A DNA stretch of 64,000 nt, from the NCBI RefSeq assembly GCF_009914755.1, contig NC_060935.1. One strand, written 5' to 3'. The notes beneath the pieces were generated by a model. That model searched no databases, was not told where the DNA came from, and worked only from the letters and a program-made list of their open reading frames with translations. Position 1 is the stretch's first letter. Each line of letters begins with the position of its first letter. The DNA comes from the human T2T-CHM13v2.0 reference genome, Homo sapiens. A program made the translations under genes and the position numbers. Positions 1 through 13,855 of the stretch are shown one piece after another.

Positions 1-2
1 TT

Positions 3-968
<966 letters not shown>

Positions 969-1081
969 TTATTGGTGTATAAGAATGCTTTTGATTTTGG
1001 CACATTGATTTTGTATCGTGAGACTTTGCTGAAGTTGCCTATCAGCTTAAGGAGATTTTGGGCTGAGACAATGGAGTTTTA

Positions 1082-1534
<453 letters not shown>

Positions 1535-1722
1535 TCATGGTGGATAAGCTTTTTGATGTGCTGCTGGATTTCGTTTGCCAGTATTTTATTCAGGATTTTT
1601 GCATTGATGTTCATCAGGGGTATTGGTCTAAAATTCTCTCTTTCTGTTTTTCTCTGCCAGGCTTTGGTATCAGGATGATGCTGGCCTCATAAAATGAGTT
1701 AGGGAGGATTTCCTCTTTTTCT

Positions 1723-3639
1723 TTTTTCTTTTTCTTTTTTTTTAGTATTTATTGATCATTCTTGGGTTTTTCTCAGAGAGGGGGATGTGGCAGGGTCATA
1801 GGATAATAGTGGAGAGAAGGTCAGCAGATAAACACGAGAACAAAGGTCTCTGGTTTTCCTAGGCAGAGGTCCCTGCGGCCTTCGGCCCTGTTTGTGTCCC
1901 TGGGTACTTGAGGTTAGGGAGTGGTGATGACTCTTAACAAGCATGCTGCCTTCAAGCATCTGTTTAACAAAGCACATCTTGCACCGCCCTTAATCCATTT
2001 AACCCTGAGTTGACACAGCACATGTTTCAGAGAGCATGGGGCTGGGGGTAAGGTTATAGATTAACAGCATCCCAAGGCAGAAGAATTTTTCTTAGTATAG
2101 AACAAAATGGTGTCTCCTATGTCTACTTGTTTCTACACAGACACAGTAACAATCTGATCTCTCTTTCTTTTCCCCACATTTCCCCCTTTTCTTTTTGACA
2201 AAACCACCATCGTCATCATGGCCCCTTCTCAATGGTCACTGTCTCTTTGGAGCTGTTGGGTACACTTCCCAGACGGGGAGGCCTGGCAGAGGCACTCCTC
2301 ACTTCCCAGACTGTGGGCAGCTGGGCAGAGATGCTCCTCACATCCCAGATGATGGGCAGCCGGGCAGAGATGCTCCTCACTTCCCAGACGGGGTGGCGGC
2401 CGGGCAGAGGCGTTCCTCACATCCCAGACGATGGGCAGCCAGGCAGAGACACTCCTCACTTCCCAGACGGGGTGGCAACTGGGCAGAGGCGCTCCTCACT
2501 TCCCAGACAGGGCAGCCAGGCAGAGGCACTCCTCGCTTCCCAGACGGGGCGGCCGGGCAGAGGCGCTCCTCACATCCCAGACGGGGTGGCCAGGTAGAGG
2601 CGCTCCTCGCTTCCCAGACGGGGTGGCTGGGCAGAGGCACTCCTCACATCCCAGACGGGGTGGCCAGGTAGGGGCACTCCTCGCTTCCCAGATGGAGCGG
2701 CTGGGCAGAGGTGCTCCTCACATCCCCGATGGGGTGGCGGCCAGGCAGAGGCACTCCTCACTTCCCAGACGGGGTGGCCAGACAGAGGCGCTCCTCACTT
2801 CCCAGACGGGGCGGCCAGGCAGAGGCGCTCCTCACATCCCAGATGGGGCAGCCAGGCAGAGGCACTCCTCACTTCCCAGACAGGGTGGCAGCCGGGCAGA
2901 GGCGCTCCTCACATCCCAGACGATGGGCGGCCAGGCAGAGACGCTCCTCACTTCCCAGACGGGGCGGCCGGGCAGAGGCGCTCCTCGCTTCTCAGATGGG
3001 GCGGCCAGGTAGAGGTGCTCCTCACATCCCAGACGGGGTGGTGGCCAGGCAGAGGCGCTCCTCACTTCCCAGATGGGGCGGCCAGGCAGAGGCACTCCTC
3101 ACCTCCCAGACGGGGCGGCCGGGCAGAGGGGCTCCCCACATCCCAGACAATGGGCGGCCAGGCATAGACGCTCCCTACTTCCCAGACAGGGTGGCAGCTG
3201 GGCAGAGGCTGTAATCTTAGCACTTTGGGAGGCCAAGGCAGGCAGCTGGAAGGTGGAGGTTGCAGTGAACTGAGATCACGCCACTGCACTCCAGCCCTCC
3301 AGCCTGCGTGACACTGAGCATTGAGTGAGCGAGACTCCATCTGCAATCCCAGCACCCCCCGGAGGCCGAGGCGGGCAGACCACTTGAGGTCAGGAGCTGG
3401 AGACCAGCCCGGTCAACAGGGCGAAACCCCGTCTCCTCCAAAAATCCAAAAACCAATCAGGTGTGGCGGCATGCGCTGGCAATCCCAAGCACTCGGCAGG
3501 CCGAGGCAGGAGAAACATGGGAGCCTGGGACAGGGGGGCTGCAGTGAGCCGAGATCACAGCAGTACAGTCCAGCCTCGGCAACAGAGGGAGACCAAAGAA
3601 AGAAAGAAGAGGGGAGAGGGAGAGGGAGAGGGAGAGGGC
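1723..3639 (-). mobile_element. SVA retrotransposon, full length, SVA_A-like
   Basis: On + strand: poly(T) 1723-1743, tttatt (AATAAA on minus) 1748-1753, SINE-R ~1744-2260, GC-rich VNTR ~2262-3210, Alu-like domain ~3211-3590, (GAGAGG)n hexamer ~3610-3638. Perfect TSD GGATTTCCTCTTTTTCT at 1706-1722 and 3640-3656. Keeps a 16-nt env segment (2235-2250) that I recall is absent from younger SVAs. Confidence 0.96.
2262..3210 (-). repeat. SVA VNTR, ~37-42-bp GC-rich units
   Basis: Repeated ggcagaggcgctcctcacttcccagacgggg-type units. Confidence 0.95.
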
Positions 3640-4060
3640 GGATTTCCTCTTTTTCTATTGATTGGATTAGTTTCAGAAGGAATGGTACCAGCTCCTCTTT
3701 GTACCTGTGGTAGAATTTGGCTGTGAATCTCTCTGGCCCTGGACTTTGTTTGGTTGGTAAGCTATTAATTATTGCCTCAATTTCAGAGCCTGTTATTGGT
3801 CTATTCAGAGATTCAACTTCTTCCTGGTTTAGTCTTGGGAGGGTGTATGTGTCGAGGAATTTATCCATTTCTTCTAGATCTTCTAATTTATTAGAGTAGA
3901 GGTGTTTATAATATTCTCTGATGGTAGTTTGTATTTCTGTGGGATCAGTAGTGATATCCCCTTTATCATTTTTTATTGCATCTATTTGATTCTTCTCTCT
4001 TTTCTTCTTTATTAGTCTTGCTAGCAGTCTATCAATTTTGTTGATCTTTTCAAAAAATCA

Positions 4061-4312
<252 letters not shown>

Positions 4313-5214
4313 TTAGTTCTCATTGATTTCAAAGAAAATCTTTATTTCTGCCTTCCTTTCATTATGCACTCAGTAGTCATTCAGGAGCGGGTTGTTCAGT
4401 TTCCATGTAGTTGAGTGGTTTTGAGTGAGTTACTTAATCCTGAGTTCCAGTTTGATTGCACTGTGGTCTGAGAGACAGTTTGTTATAATTTCTGTTCTTT
4501 TACATTTGCTGAGGAGTACTTTACTTCTAACTATGTGGTCAATTTTGGAGTAAGTGTGGTGTGGTGCTGAGAAGAATGTATATTCTGTTGATTTGGGGTG
4601 GAGAGTTCTGTAGATATCTATTAGGTCTGCTTGGTGCAGAGCTGAGTTCATTTCCTGGATATCCTTGTTAACTTTCTGTCTCGTTGATCTGTCTAATGTT
4701 AACAGTGGGGTGTTAAAGTCTCCCATTATTATTGTGTGGGAGTCTAAGTCTCTTTCTAGGTCTCTAAGGACTTGCTTTATGAATCTGGGTGCTCCTGTAT
4801 TGGGTGCATATATATTTAGGATAGTTAGCTCTTCTTGTTGAATTGATCACTTTACCATTATGCGATGACTTCTTTGTCTCTTTTGATCTTTGTTGGTTTA
4901 AAGTCTGTTTTATCAGAGGCTAGGATTGCAACCCTTGCCTTTTTTTGTTTTCCATTTGCTTGGTAGATCTTCCTCTATCCCTTTATTTTGCGCCTATGTG
5001 TGTCTCTGCACATGAGATGGGTTTCCTGAATACAGCACACTGATGGGTCTTGACTCTTTATCCAATTTGCCAGTCTGTGTTTTTTAATTGGAGCATTTAG
5101 CCCATTTACATTTAAAATTAATATTGTTATGTGTGAATTTGATCCTGTCATTATGATGTTAGCTGGTTATTTTGCTCATTAGTTGATGCAGTTTCTTCCT
5201 AGAATCAATGGTCT

Positions 5215-6230
5215 TTACAATTTGTCATGTTTTTGCAGTGGCTGGTACCGGTTGTTCCTTGCCATGTTTAGTGCTTCCTTCAGGAGCTCTTTTAGGGCAG
5301 GCCTGATGGTGACAAAAACTCTCAGCATTTGCTTGTCTGTAAAGTATTTTATTTCTCCTTCACTTATGAAGCTTAGTTTGGCTGGATATGAAATTCTGGG
5401 TTGAAAATTCTTTTCTTTAAGAATGTTGAATATTGGCCCCCATTCTCTTCTGGCTTGTAGAGTTTCTGCTGACAGATCCACTGTTAGTCTGATGGGCTTC
5501 CCTTTGTGGGTAACCGACCTTTCTCTCTGGCTGCTCTTAACATTTTTTCCTTCATTTCAACTTTGGTGAATCTGACAATTATGTGTCTTGGAGTTGCTCT
5601 TCTTGAGGAGTATCTTTGTGGCATTTTCTGTATTTCCTGAATTTGAACATTGGCCTGCCTTGCTAGATTGGGGAAGTTCTCCTGTGTAACATCCTGCAGA
5701 GTGTTTTCCAACTTGGTTCCATTCTCCCCATCACTTTCAGGTACACCAATCAGACATAGATTTGGTGTTTTCACATAGTCCCATATTTCTTGGAGGCTTT
5801 GTTCATTTCTTTTTGTTCTTTTTTCTCTAAACTTCTCTTCTCACTTCATTTCATTCATTTGATCTTCCATCACTCATACCCTTTGTTCCAGTTGATTGAA
5901 TTGGCTACTGAGGCTTGTGCATTTGTCACATAGTTCTTGTGCCTTGGTTTTCAGCTCCATCAGGTCCTTTAAGGACTTCTCTGCATTGATTATTCTAGTT
6001 AGCCATTTGTCTAATTTTTTTTCAAGGTTTTTAACTTCTTTGCCATGGGTTCGAACTTCCTCCTTTAGCTCAGAGTAGTTTGATCATCTGAAGCCTTCTT
6101 CTCTCATCTCGTCAAAGTCGTTCTCCATCCAGCTTTGTTCCATTGCTGGTGAGAAGCTGCATTCCTTTGGAGGAGGAGAGGCACTCTGATTTTTAGAGTT
6201 TCCAGTTTTTCTGCTCTGTTTTTTCCCTAT
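5215..6230 (-). pseudogene. ORF1: L1 ORF1 (RNA-binding p40), disrupted
   Basis: ORF1 peptides at 5215-5481 and 5484-5774 are in different frames. The start codon is mutated ATG>ATA (6230-6228, atagggaaaaaacag). Confidence 0.93.
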
Positions 6231-6499
6231 CTTTGTGGTTTTATCTACCTTTGGTCTTCGATGATGGTGACGTACAGATGGGGATGTCCTTTCTGTTTGT
6301 TAGTTTTCCTTCGAATAGTAAGGATCCTCAGCTGCAGGTCTGTTGGAGTTTGCTGGAGGTCCACTCCAGACCCTGTTTGCCTGGGTATCAGCAGTGGAGG
6401 CTGCAGAACAGCAGATATTGGTGAACAGCAACTGTTGCTGTCTGATCATTCCTCTGAAAGTTTTGTCTCAGAGGAGTACCCAGCCGTGTGAGGTGTCAG

Positions 6500-6800
6500 T
6501 CTGCCCCTACTGGGGGGTGCCTCCCCTAGGCTACTCGCAGGTCAGGGACCCACTTGAGGAGGCAGTCTGTCCATTCTCAGATCTCCAGCTGCATGTTGGG
6601 AGAACCACTACTCTCTTGAAAGCTGTCAGACAGAGACATTTAATTCTGCAGAGGATTCTGCTGCCTTTTGTTTGACAATGCCCTGCCCCCAGAGGTGGAG
6701 TCTACAGAGGCAGGCAGGCCACCTTGAGCTGCGGTGGGCTCCACCCAGTTCGAGCTTCCTGGCTGCTTTATTTACCTACTCAAGCCTTGGCAATGGCGGG
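6500..6800 (+). promoter_or_regulatory. L1 antisense promoter region (putative), pointing into the rest of the window
   Basis: Position in the L1 5'UTR just upstream of ORF0. Activity is inferred only from family knowledge, and CpGs are partly decayed. Confidence 0.4.
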
Positions 6801-6996
6801 TGCCCCTCCCCCAGCCTCGCTGCAGCCTTGCAGTTTGATCTCAGACTGCTGTGCTAGCAATGAGCGAGGTTCCATGGGCGTAGGACCCTCTGAGCCAGGC
6901 ACGGGATATAATCTCCTGGTGTGCTGTTTGCTAAGACTGTTGGAAAAGCGCAGTATTAGGGTGGGAGTTACCCAATTTTCCAGGTGCCGTCTGTAA
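6793..6996 (+). CDS. ORF0: L1 antisense ORF0 homolog, open, 67 aa (MAGAPPPASLQPCSLISDCCASNERGSMGVGPSEPG...FSRCRL)
   Basis: ATG in gcaATGG context at 6793. The peptide resembles the primate L1 ORF0 N-terminus MAGAPPPASL..CSLISDCCASN. Expression is not shown by the sequence. Confidence 0.7.
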   Translation: MAGAPPPASLQPCSLISDCCASNERGSMGVGPSEPGTGYNLLVCCLLRLLEKRSIRVGVTQFSRCRL

Positions 6997-7559
6997 CCCC
7001 GTTCTTTGATATTTCTTAAAAGCTACCTAACTATGAATGTCTTTATTTTAGCAAGTGATGAATGAGTGCTTCTACAGCACATAATGAGATGTAATAAATT
7101 CCATTGGTTTACTTTTCTTTTTAAAGTGTAGCCACAGTAGAAATGTTTATTGTATGGATAAACAAAGTCCATTGGGAATAGTAAAGGAATTGAAAGATAT
7201 CTATAGTTTTAGAAATTCCTTAAATGGAAATTTTGATTTGCATATTTTGAGGCCTGTGTTGCATGATTGAAAGGATAAGGCCATGTCAAAGTTGATTTTG
7301 ATATCTCTTTTCATCCTAGCAGGTGGACTTCATATATTGTGATTGGAAGGCTTCTGCAAAGACTTTTCTACTTACAGAATATCCCTAAGTTCTCTAGGTT
7401 GCTGAAATCCTTTAACAACATTCATCCATATAAAATAAGCGTTGCCTTTGAATATAACATCTTTTAAAATGTAACATTTTTCTGAAGAACATCTCAACTG
7501 AAATCCTTCTCATTTAGAGTCAGCAAACTGTTACTGAAAGTTTACATATTTTTATGACC

Positions 7560-7561
<2 letters not shown>

Positions 7562-7590
<29 letters not shown>
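7562..7590. repeat. (TG)n microsatellite
   Basis: Pure TG run. Confidence 0.98.
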
Positions 7591-8202
7591 CTAAAATCAA
7601 GCATTGTTTCTGTTATTTTTAATCCACTTTTGTTCTGTAGAACCTCATTAGGACTAGTAAATAATTTTTGACTTCCTTCAAATTCCATTGAATTCAACCA
7701 ATATATAATCTTAATACAATATATGAAACAAAATAGGACCATAGTTACATAAATAATAATTAATTCTAGATAGGATAAGAGTTGGATATGATAGTTTTGG
7801 GAGGCCTAATGACATTGGATATTGATTGCAACAGTAAATGACCACAACAGTAACTAGAGCTTATTAGGATTCCCTGAAAGATAATTAGATAATAGAGAAA
7901 ACTAGTAGTACTAAGATTCTATTGAATTACTCTAAACCCCAATTCAAAGAGTCACATAACATAAAACCCATTAGTTACCTCCTGTGTACTTCCATATAAT
8001 TCATTTCTCATTAATCATTTTGAAGCCTAGCAAAAGGATCAATCTGAGCCTCATGATCCTTAATATTTTCTATTTTTATCTATATTTTAGCAATGGAAAT
8101 AATGGCATGAACATGAAATAATGCCCACACAGCTTGGACTCTGCAGCTCTCTACCTAGCCCAATAGAACCACCATCAGTATGAGGAAGAAAATATTCTAG
8201 AT

Positions 8203-8405
8203 CAGCTACAGAATTTTCAGCGATGACGGAAATGTTCCATAAGCTGTGCTACCCAATAGGGTAGCCACTAGTTACATGTGGCTATTGAACATTTGATATA
8301 TGGGTAGTGTGAATAAGGAAGGGAATTTTAAGTTAGATTTAATTTCAATTTATTTAAGTTTAAATAGCCACAAGTACTTAATGGCTACTTTATTGAACAA
8401 TGTAG
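8203..8405 (+). mobile_element. MER3 (hAT-Charlie) DNA transposon relic
   Basis: gatgacggaaatgttc...gtagccactagttacatgtggctattga...aaatagccac. Flanks TTCTAGAT (8195-8202) and TTCTAGCT (8406-8413) form an 8-bp TSD. Confidence 0.85.
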
Positions 8406-8559
8406 TTCTAGCTTGAGGTAGATATAGGTACAGAAAAAAAGAGGCATGTGTATTTGGGAAGCAGACAGTAATTTGAAAATGCTAGAGAATAGAGGAAGAT
8501 TGAGTATGTCTGAAAGTGAAGTTGCACAATAGATTAAGGTAAATTGTAAAAGACTTTCC

Positions 8560-8940
8560 AATGGCAAGCCAAGTTATAAGCTTGGCCAGAGGCATTAAAG
8601 CCTGAGAGTGACATAATAAAATATCTATGTTTTAGGGCATTCTCCTTGGTATATTAATGATAAAAGGTAGGAGACAGGGAGTATATATTAAATGAATGTT
8701 ACCAAGAAATAAGTTAAATATAATAACATTATAAATTATAATAATGACAGTGGGTGGAGTAAAATAGTTCAAAAATATTGTAAAGATAGAATTCAGTTGA
8801 CACTACTCATGACTGATTTTGTACATATGAGGGGGCTGGAGAGGAGAGAGTGTATAGTCGTAAAGATAATTTGGGGATTACTAGCTTAGGTAACATATGA
8901 TAATGATGTGAAGGCTGGAGGAAAATCAATTTTGAGAGAG
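8560..8940 (-). mobile_element. L2 remnant, probably continuing after 11337
   Basis: Degenerate purine-rich L2-like sequence on both sides of the MaLR element. Confidence 0.45.
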
Positions 8941-11332
8941 TGTTTCAGTTGGCTATTCCAACAATGCTTCATAACAACCAACAGGCAACTCAGTGGCTTA
9001 AAACACCCATTTGTTACTATTGACCTAAGTTTACAGGTTGAATGGGCTTTGACCAAGCAATAATCAATGATATTACTTGGGGGTATTTATATGGTCTTAA
9101 AATGTGTTGGGCTAATTTGGGATATTCTCAACTTGGTTGACTATCTCTGTTCCATATATCTCAACCTCTATCTGGCAAGCTTGAGCATATTCTAATTGGA
9201 AGCCAAGAGTAGAGGAAGCATAAACATCAAGGAGATTTTAGTCATAGGTTCGTCACTAGTTTGCTAGTGGTCTATTGGCCAAAACAACTCATGGGGTCAA
9301 GCCCAAAGTTCAGGTAGGATGGCAATACAAAAGACATAAATGGAGGAATACATGAAAGATTGGACCCTAACCAAATCATTTTTCCATAATCTTTCTTCTG
9401 GCCACAGTTATTATATCTCTTCCATGTGCTTAATAGCTTTTATTGCTATCCTCTTCCCCTTCAATGATCCATATGATCATTGATCATTGCACTGGACTTA
9501 GAGTTTAGGAACTCATGATTTAAACGAAGTCCAGATATAGCTTCTCTTTATCCAAGGATCTATAAACTAAAAAGACAAGTTAACTATCCTCCCAACTCTT
9601 CACACACTCATAAGATAATGAAAGAAAGACAAAATAATCTGCAACAGGCCATTCCACTTAAAAAGTAGAAGGTTGGGAGGCACACAATCTTTAATAAAGG
9701 TTCTGATCATTCTCAGCAAACTATCACAGGAACAGAAAACCAAACATTGCATGTTCTCATTCATAAGCGGGAGTTGAACGTGAGAACACATGGACACAGG
9801 GAGGGAAACGTCACACCCCGGGGCCTGTCAGTGGGTTGGGGGCAAGGGGAGTGATAGCATTAAGAGAAATACTTAATGCATGCTGGGCTTAAAACCTAGA
9901 TGACAGGTTGATGGGTACAGCAAACCACCATGGAAAATGCATACCTATGTAACAAACCTGCAAGTTCTGCACATGGATCCCAGAACTTAGAGTATGAGTT
10001 AAAGAAAAGATTCTAGCATCCAGTTAGAACCATTTTGCAAATTTTCACTACCCTAGATTTCAGAGGGGGTTTGAAGTGGCTCCCTAGACCGTTATTCTTT
10101 ACTCTTCCATGGGAGTGAGCTATCTAGTCCAATGTTCCTCACAGCTCATCCCTCCACACTCATTCATTACCCATATTTTTTCACTTCTTTAAAGGTCATT
10201 AGAAAATACATCTTTTTGGCTACTTTCTCAGGCTGCTTCTTACTCATATTAAGGTGTGGATTCCAAAACCTTTGTATATTTTGAAATATATAGACTTATT
10301 TTACTCAAGGCTAACGGCATTTTCACCAATATTGCTATTCCAAAATTTGCATAGGTTTCCTGTGAGTTGGATATGATTCCTTTCCATGCTTAGAGTGTCA
10401 CATCAAGACTTGTTTTTGGAGACATGTCTCCTCTCTAGACTTAGTCATTAATATTTGGGTGGGATGATGCCTTTAGTATTCTAAGAAGTCTTTTTGACTA
10501 GTTTGGTGTGTCACTCTTGATTTGACCTTTGACTCCAAGTATTTTACTTTGAGAAATATTTTCCCAATGGAGAATTTGAAGATGAGAAACAGCTTTATGG
10601 TACGACCCAGAAACTGTTGACCCTTCTGTCTCACATACAACTTTAAAAAGCCAAATGACACTTTCCACTTTCTGCCTGAAAAACTTGTTGTTCAATTTCA
10701 TAATTTTGTCAGATGCTTTTTATATCATCTAACTCACTGTAGGTGACAATTATCCCAATTGTTTTACCACAATACAACATTTTTAGCAGCTTCCTCAGTG
10801 CTTTTCTAGTCTTTGTTCAATGTCTGCTTCAAAAGCCAATGCAACATAGTATTCGTTTTTGTTATGAAAGCACTGTATGTCCAATGACAATTTCTGTGTC
10901 AATGAGCTCCTACTTCAATAACACTTCATGTCAAACTCAAATTGTTTAGTGATAATGATTTATTAATGCTCAGAAATCCATAAGTGATTTTGGTATGGCT
11001 TGTCTGTGCACTTCTCCTGGTCTCAGTTTGGGACACATTAACAGATTTTGTGGTTTTCTTGCTTTAAACTGATATAGGATACTCTTCCTAGGACAAAAGT
11101 CTTTATGTTTTCAGCCTCCTATAGGGTAGACCTGAGCATTTGCCTCAGAGTTTAAGAATGGAAGAAGAGATGTGCAAACTCCTTTTTAAGCCTCTCCTTC
11201 CATCATTTGTTTTTGTCCCATTGGTCAAAGAAAGTCATACAGCTAAGTCCAAAGTTAGTGTGGGAGAGCTTTGTCAAATGCATTGGTGCATGAAAGTATG
11301 GGAAATTGGGTATATCAGTTCAATCTACCACT
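8941..11332 (-). mobile_element. Ancient ERVL-MaLR (MLT1-type) element: LTR (8941-~9388), internal region, LTR (10895-11332)
   Basis: Two related LTR-like blocks start tgtttcagtt and tgtgtcaatg. A MaLR internal/LTR junction-like motif gttatgaaagcac...caatttc|tg lies at ~10861-10896. 5-bp TSD GAGAG at 8936-8940 and 11333-11337. Confidence 0.65.
9706..10009 (+). mobile_element. L1 3'-end fragment (older L1PA, about PA8-PA13) inside the MaLR internal region
   Basis: atcattctcagcaaacta...gcttaaaacctagatgac...aacaaacctgc...cagaactta plus a short A-rich tail. Confidence 0.88.
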
Positions 11333-12337
11333 GAGAGCATGTAATGATTTTGGCTGTGGAGTAGAGATGAGACAAAAAAGGTCAAGACCATATAATTATG
11401 GTTTTCCTATTCTAGGCTCAAAAGTCTGTATCTTTTCTGAAGAAATGAGAAAATAGTAAATAATTTTAAGTGGTGGGTCAGCATAATACTTTTTTTTCCC
11501 ATAAAGATAACTCTGCAACACTGTATAGGGATTAGAAAGATTATGGCTTGAAAGCAGGAAGACAAGTTAGAAGAATATTGTCCTAATTCGGGTTATAAAT
11601 CATTAATGTCTGATAAACTAATAATAGAAGGTACAGAGAAAACACTACAGGATATCTGATTGAGGGAAGGAGAAATTCAAGTTTGAAATCAGTACATTTT
11701 CTTACAAACTCAAGAGAAATGAATAGGAGAAATAATTATGTCACTAGTCCAAGGATATAGTTGACTTTTTTTTTTAATTAAAAATGGTTTCCAATTCCTT
11801 TATTTATACTTATAATTCACATTTTAGAAGGCTTGTTATCCCCTCCCGACTCACCGTCTCAGCCTCAGGTAATTTAACATAAGAAATTTGGTGACACCCT
11901 CAATAAAGCTAACACAGAGCTTTAAATAAATGACACTGCTGCATTTTGGGTGTTCTTCTGGACAGGAGTACCTCCGAGCTTTGATTATTAATTTTTACTT
12001 TCTACATTTAAGTCATCCTTCAAAATGTGGAGTAGATCCAGCAGTATGCCAAAGATGGCTTATACTGACCTTAAATTATTCTTTCTGTTGTTTTGGGGCT
12101 GTTTATGTCAGAAACAAAATAAAAAGCACATTTTTCTTTTAGCAGAAAGCATTGCAGGTGTTAAATGAAATGGTCATTTGTCTCACTGAAGTTGACCTGA
12201 CAAGCCTGGAGTGGCTTTTTTCTCTATGGTGAGAGTCTTAAAGGGTGTTTGCCAAATTGCAATTGCAAGAAAACAGTACTGCAAAGAAAGAATATCATGA
12301 GATATTTGTTTTTGAAATAGTTCAAGTAAAGGAAATA

Positions 12338-12359
12338 CACACACACACACACACACACA
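12338..12359. repeat. (CA)n microsatellite
   Basis: CA run. Confidence 0.95.
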
Positions 12360-13485
12360 AATATATCTATATATAAAATATGTTTTTTGTTAGGAATTTT
12401 ATCTAGTCTTTTAAAACTATATTGGGAAATGTGTGGTTGGGAGATAAAAAAGAACTAATCTCTTTTGGACGTGATTTTGGTATCAAAATACTTCAAGAAA
12501 AAGGAAGCCTGGTTGAATGTCAATATATTGAGCAAGGGCCACTTTAAAATTAAGTCTAAAAAATCCCCAAACTTTTTAAAAAAGCAAAGAGGAACTTTTA
12601 AAAATATTAGAAGGGGAAACTAATCATACGCAGTGCAAGAACATACCTCGGCTCGCTATCGTAAAATTTTTTGTAGGCATATTGTGGCATCTTTGCTACA
12701 GAATTAGTTCAGGTTGTGCTCATGTATCTACTGTTGTAAATTGTGCATTCAGTTTTACCTATCCTATTCAAAAAACTTTTTTATGAAAATCCCCACCCCA
12801 GAACATAACAGGCAACTTTTACCTTGGTGTCTAACTATGAGATTGATATCCAAAGAGCAATTGACCAAACTGAGTCAATAGCACTAACATTTGAATTAAT
12901 TAGATAAATAAATGTCTACTATGATTATCAGGTTATTTATGTTAAGGATTTTGGCATCCATTTCTTTTTAACTTTGCTTTTCATTTTCTATTTTGTCTGC
13001 TTTTTTATAGTGTCACCTGGAAATAAAATGTGTAACAGGAACTGTCCTGAATATCCAATGATTAGGTTCCTTGCAACACAGGAACTTGCAGGGCCAGGAA
13101 AGGATTGTCTTTGCTGTATGTCCATGGAGAGAGGAGCAAAGGGGAACTGGGAGGCGATTGTCTCCCATGTTAGGTGTTTCTGTTTCCCATGCATTTGACT
13201 ATTCCTGATTAGTTTTAAGCCTCAGAAAGCTGAGTTTCTCAACTCTACAAAGGAGTAACTTACTTCAATTTTATCTCAGGGTAAAGTGAGGCTTAGAGGC
13301 CTGACACGTGTGCCTATTTTTAGGGAACCAATCTAGATGAGAAGTCTCTAGCCATTCTCTAGAGTTAGTCCAGAGAAACTGAGATAGTCCCACAAGCTCT
13401 TGGCCATCATGCTACATTTTAAAATCATATTGGGAAGAGAGAAAATATAGTGCCAACAAAGGGAAAAAAAGCAATAGATACTATC

Positions 13486-13838
13486 TGGTTTAGTCAGTTC
13501 AGACTGCTATAACAAATTACCATAGACTGAGTGGCTTAAACAATTTATTTCTCACAGTTCTGAGGCTGGAAACCTGAGATCAGGGTGCCGGCATGGTTGA
13601 GTTTTAGTGAGGGTCCTCTTCCATGTTGCGGACAGCTGATTTCTCCTTGCCTCATCACATGGTGGAAAGATGGTGAGCTAGTTCTCTGCCCTCCCCTTAT
13701 AAGGCCACTAATCTCATTCATGCAGACTTTACCTTATGACCTAATTACCTCTCAAGAGCTCCACCTCCAAATAAATTCACACTGGAAATTAGATTTTAAC
13801 ATGCATTTTGAGGGTACACGAACATTCAATTTGTAATA
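13486..13838 (-). mobile_element. MaLR solo LTR (MLT1A/MSTD type)
   Basis: ctgctataacaaattaccatagactg...atttctcacagttctgaggctgg...acctaattacctc...aacattca. Confidence 0.85.
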
Positions 13839-13855
13839 TTATTATTAAACAGTCA

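Noticed and set aside
2195-3273. Many long overlapping ORFs (up to 193 aa) with repeated peptides
   Set aside because: Stop-poor GC-rich SVA VNTR. Not a gene, and not a CRISPR array since there are no unique spacers or cas genes.
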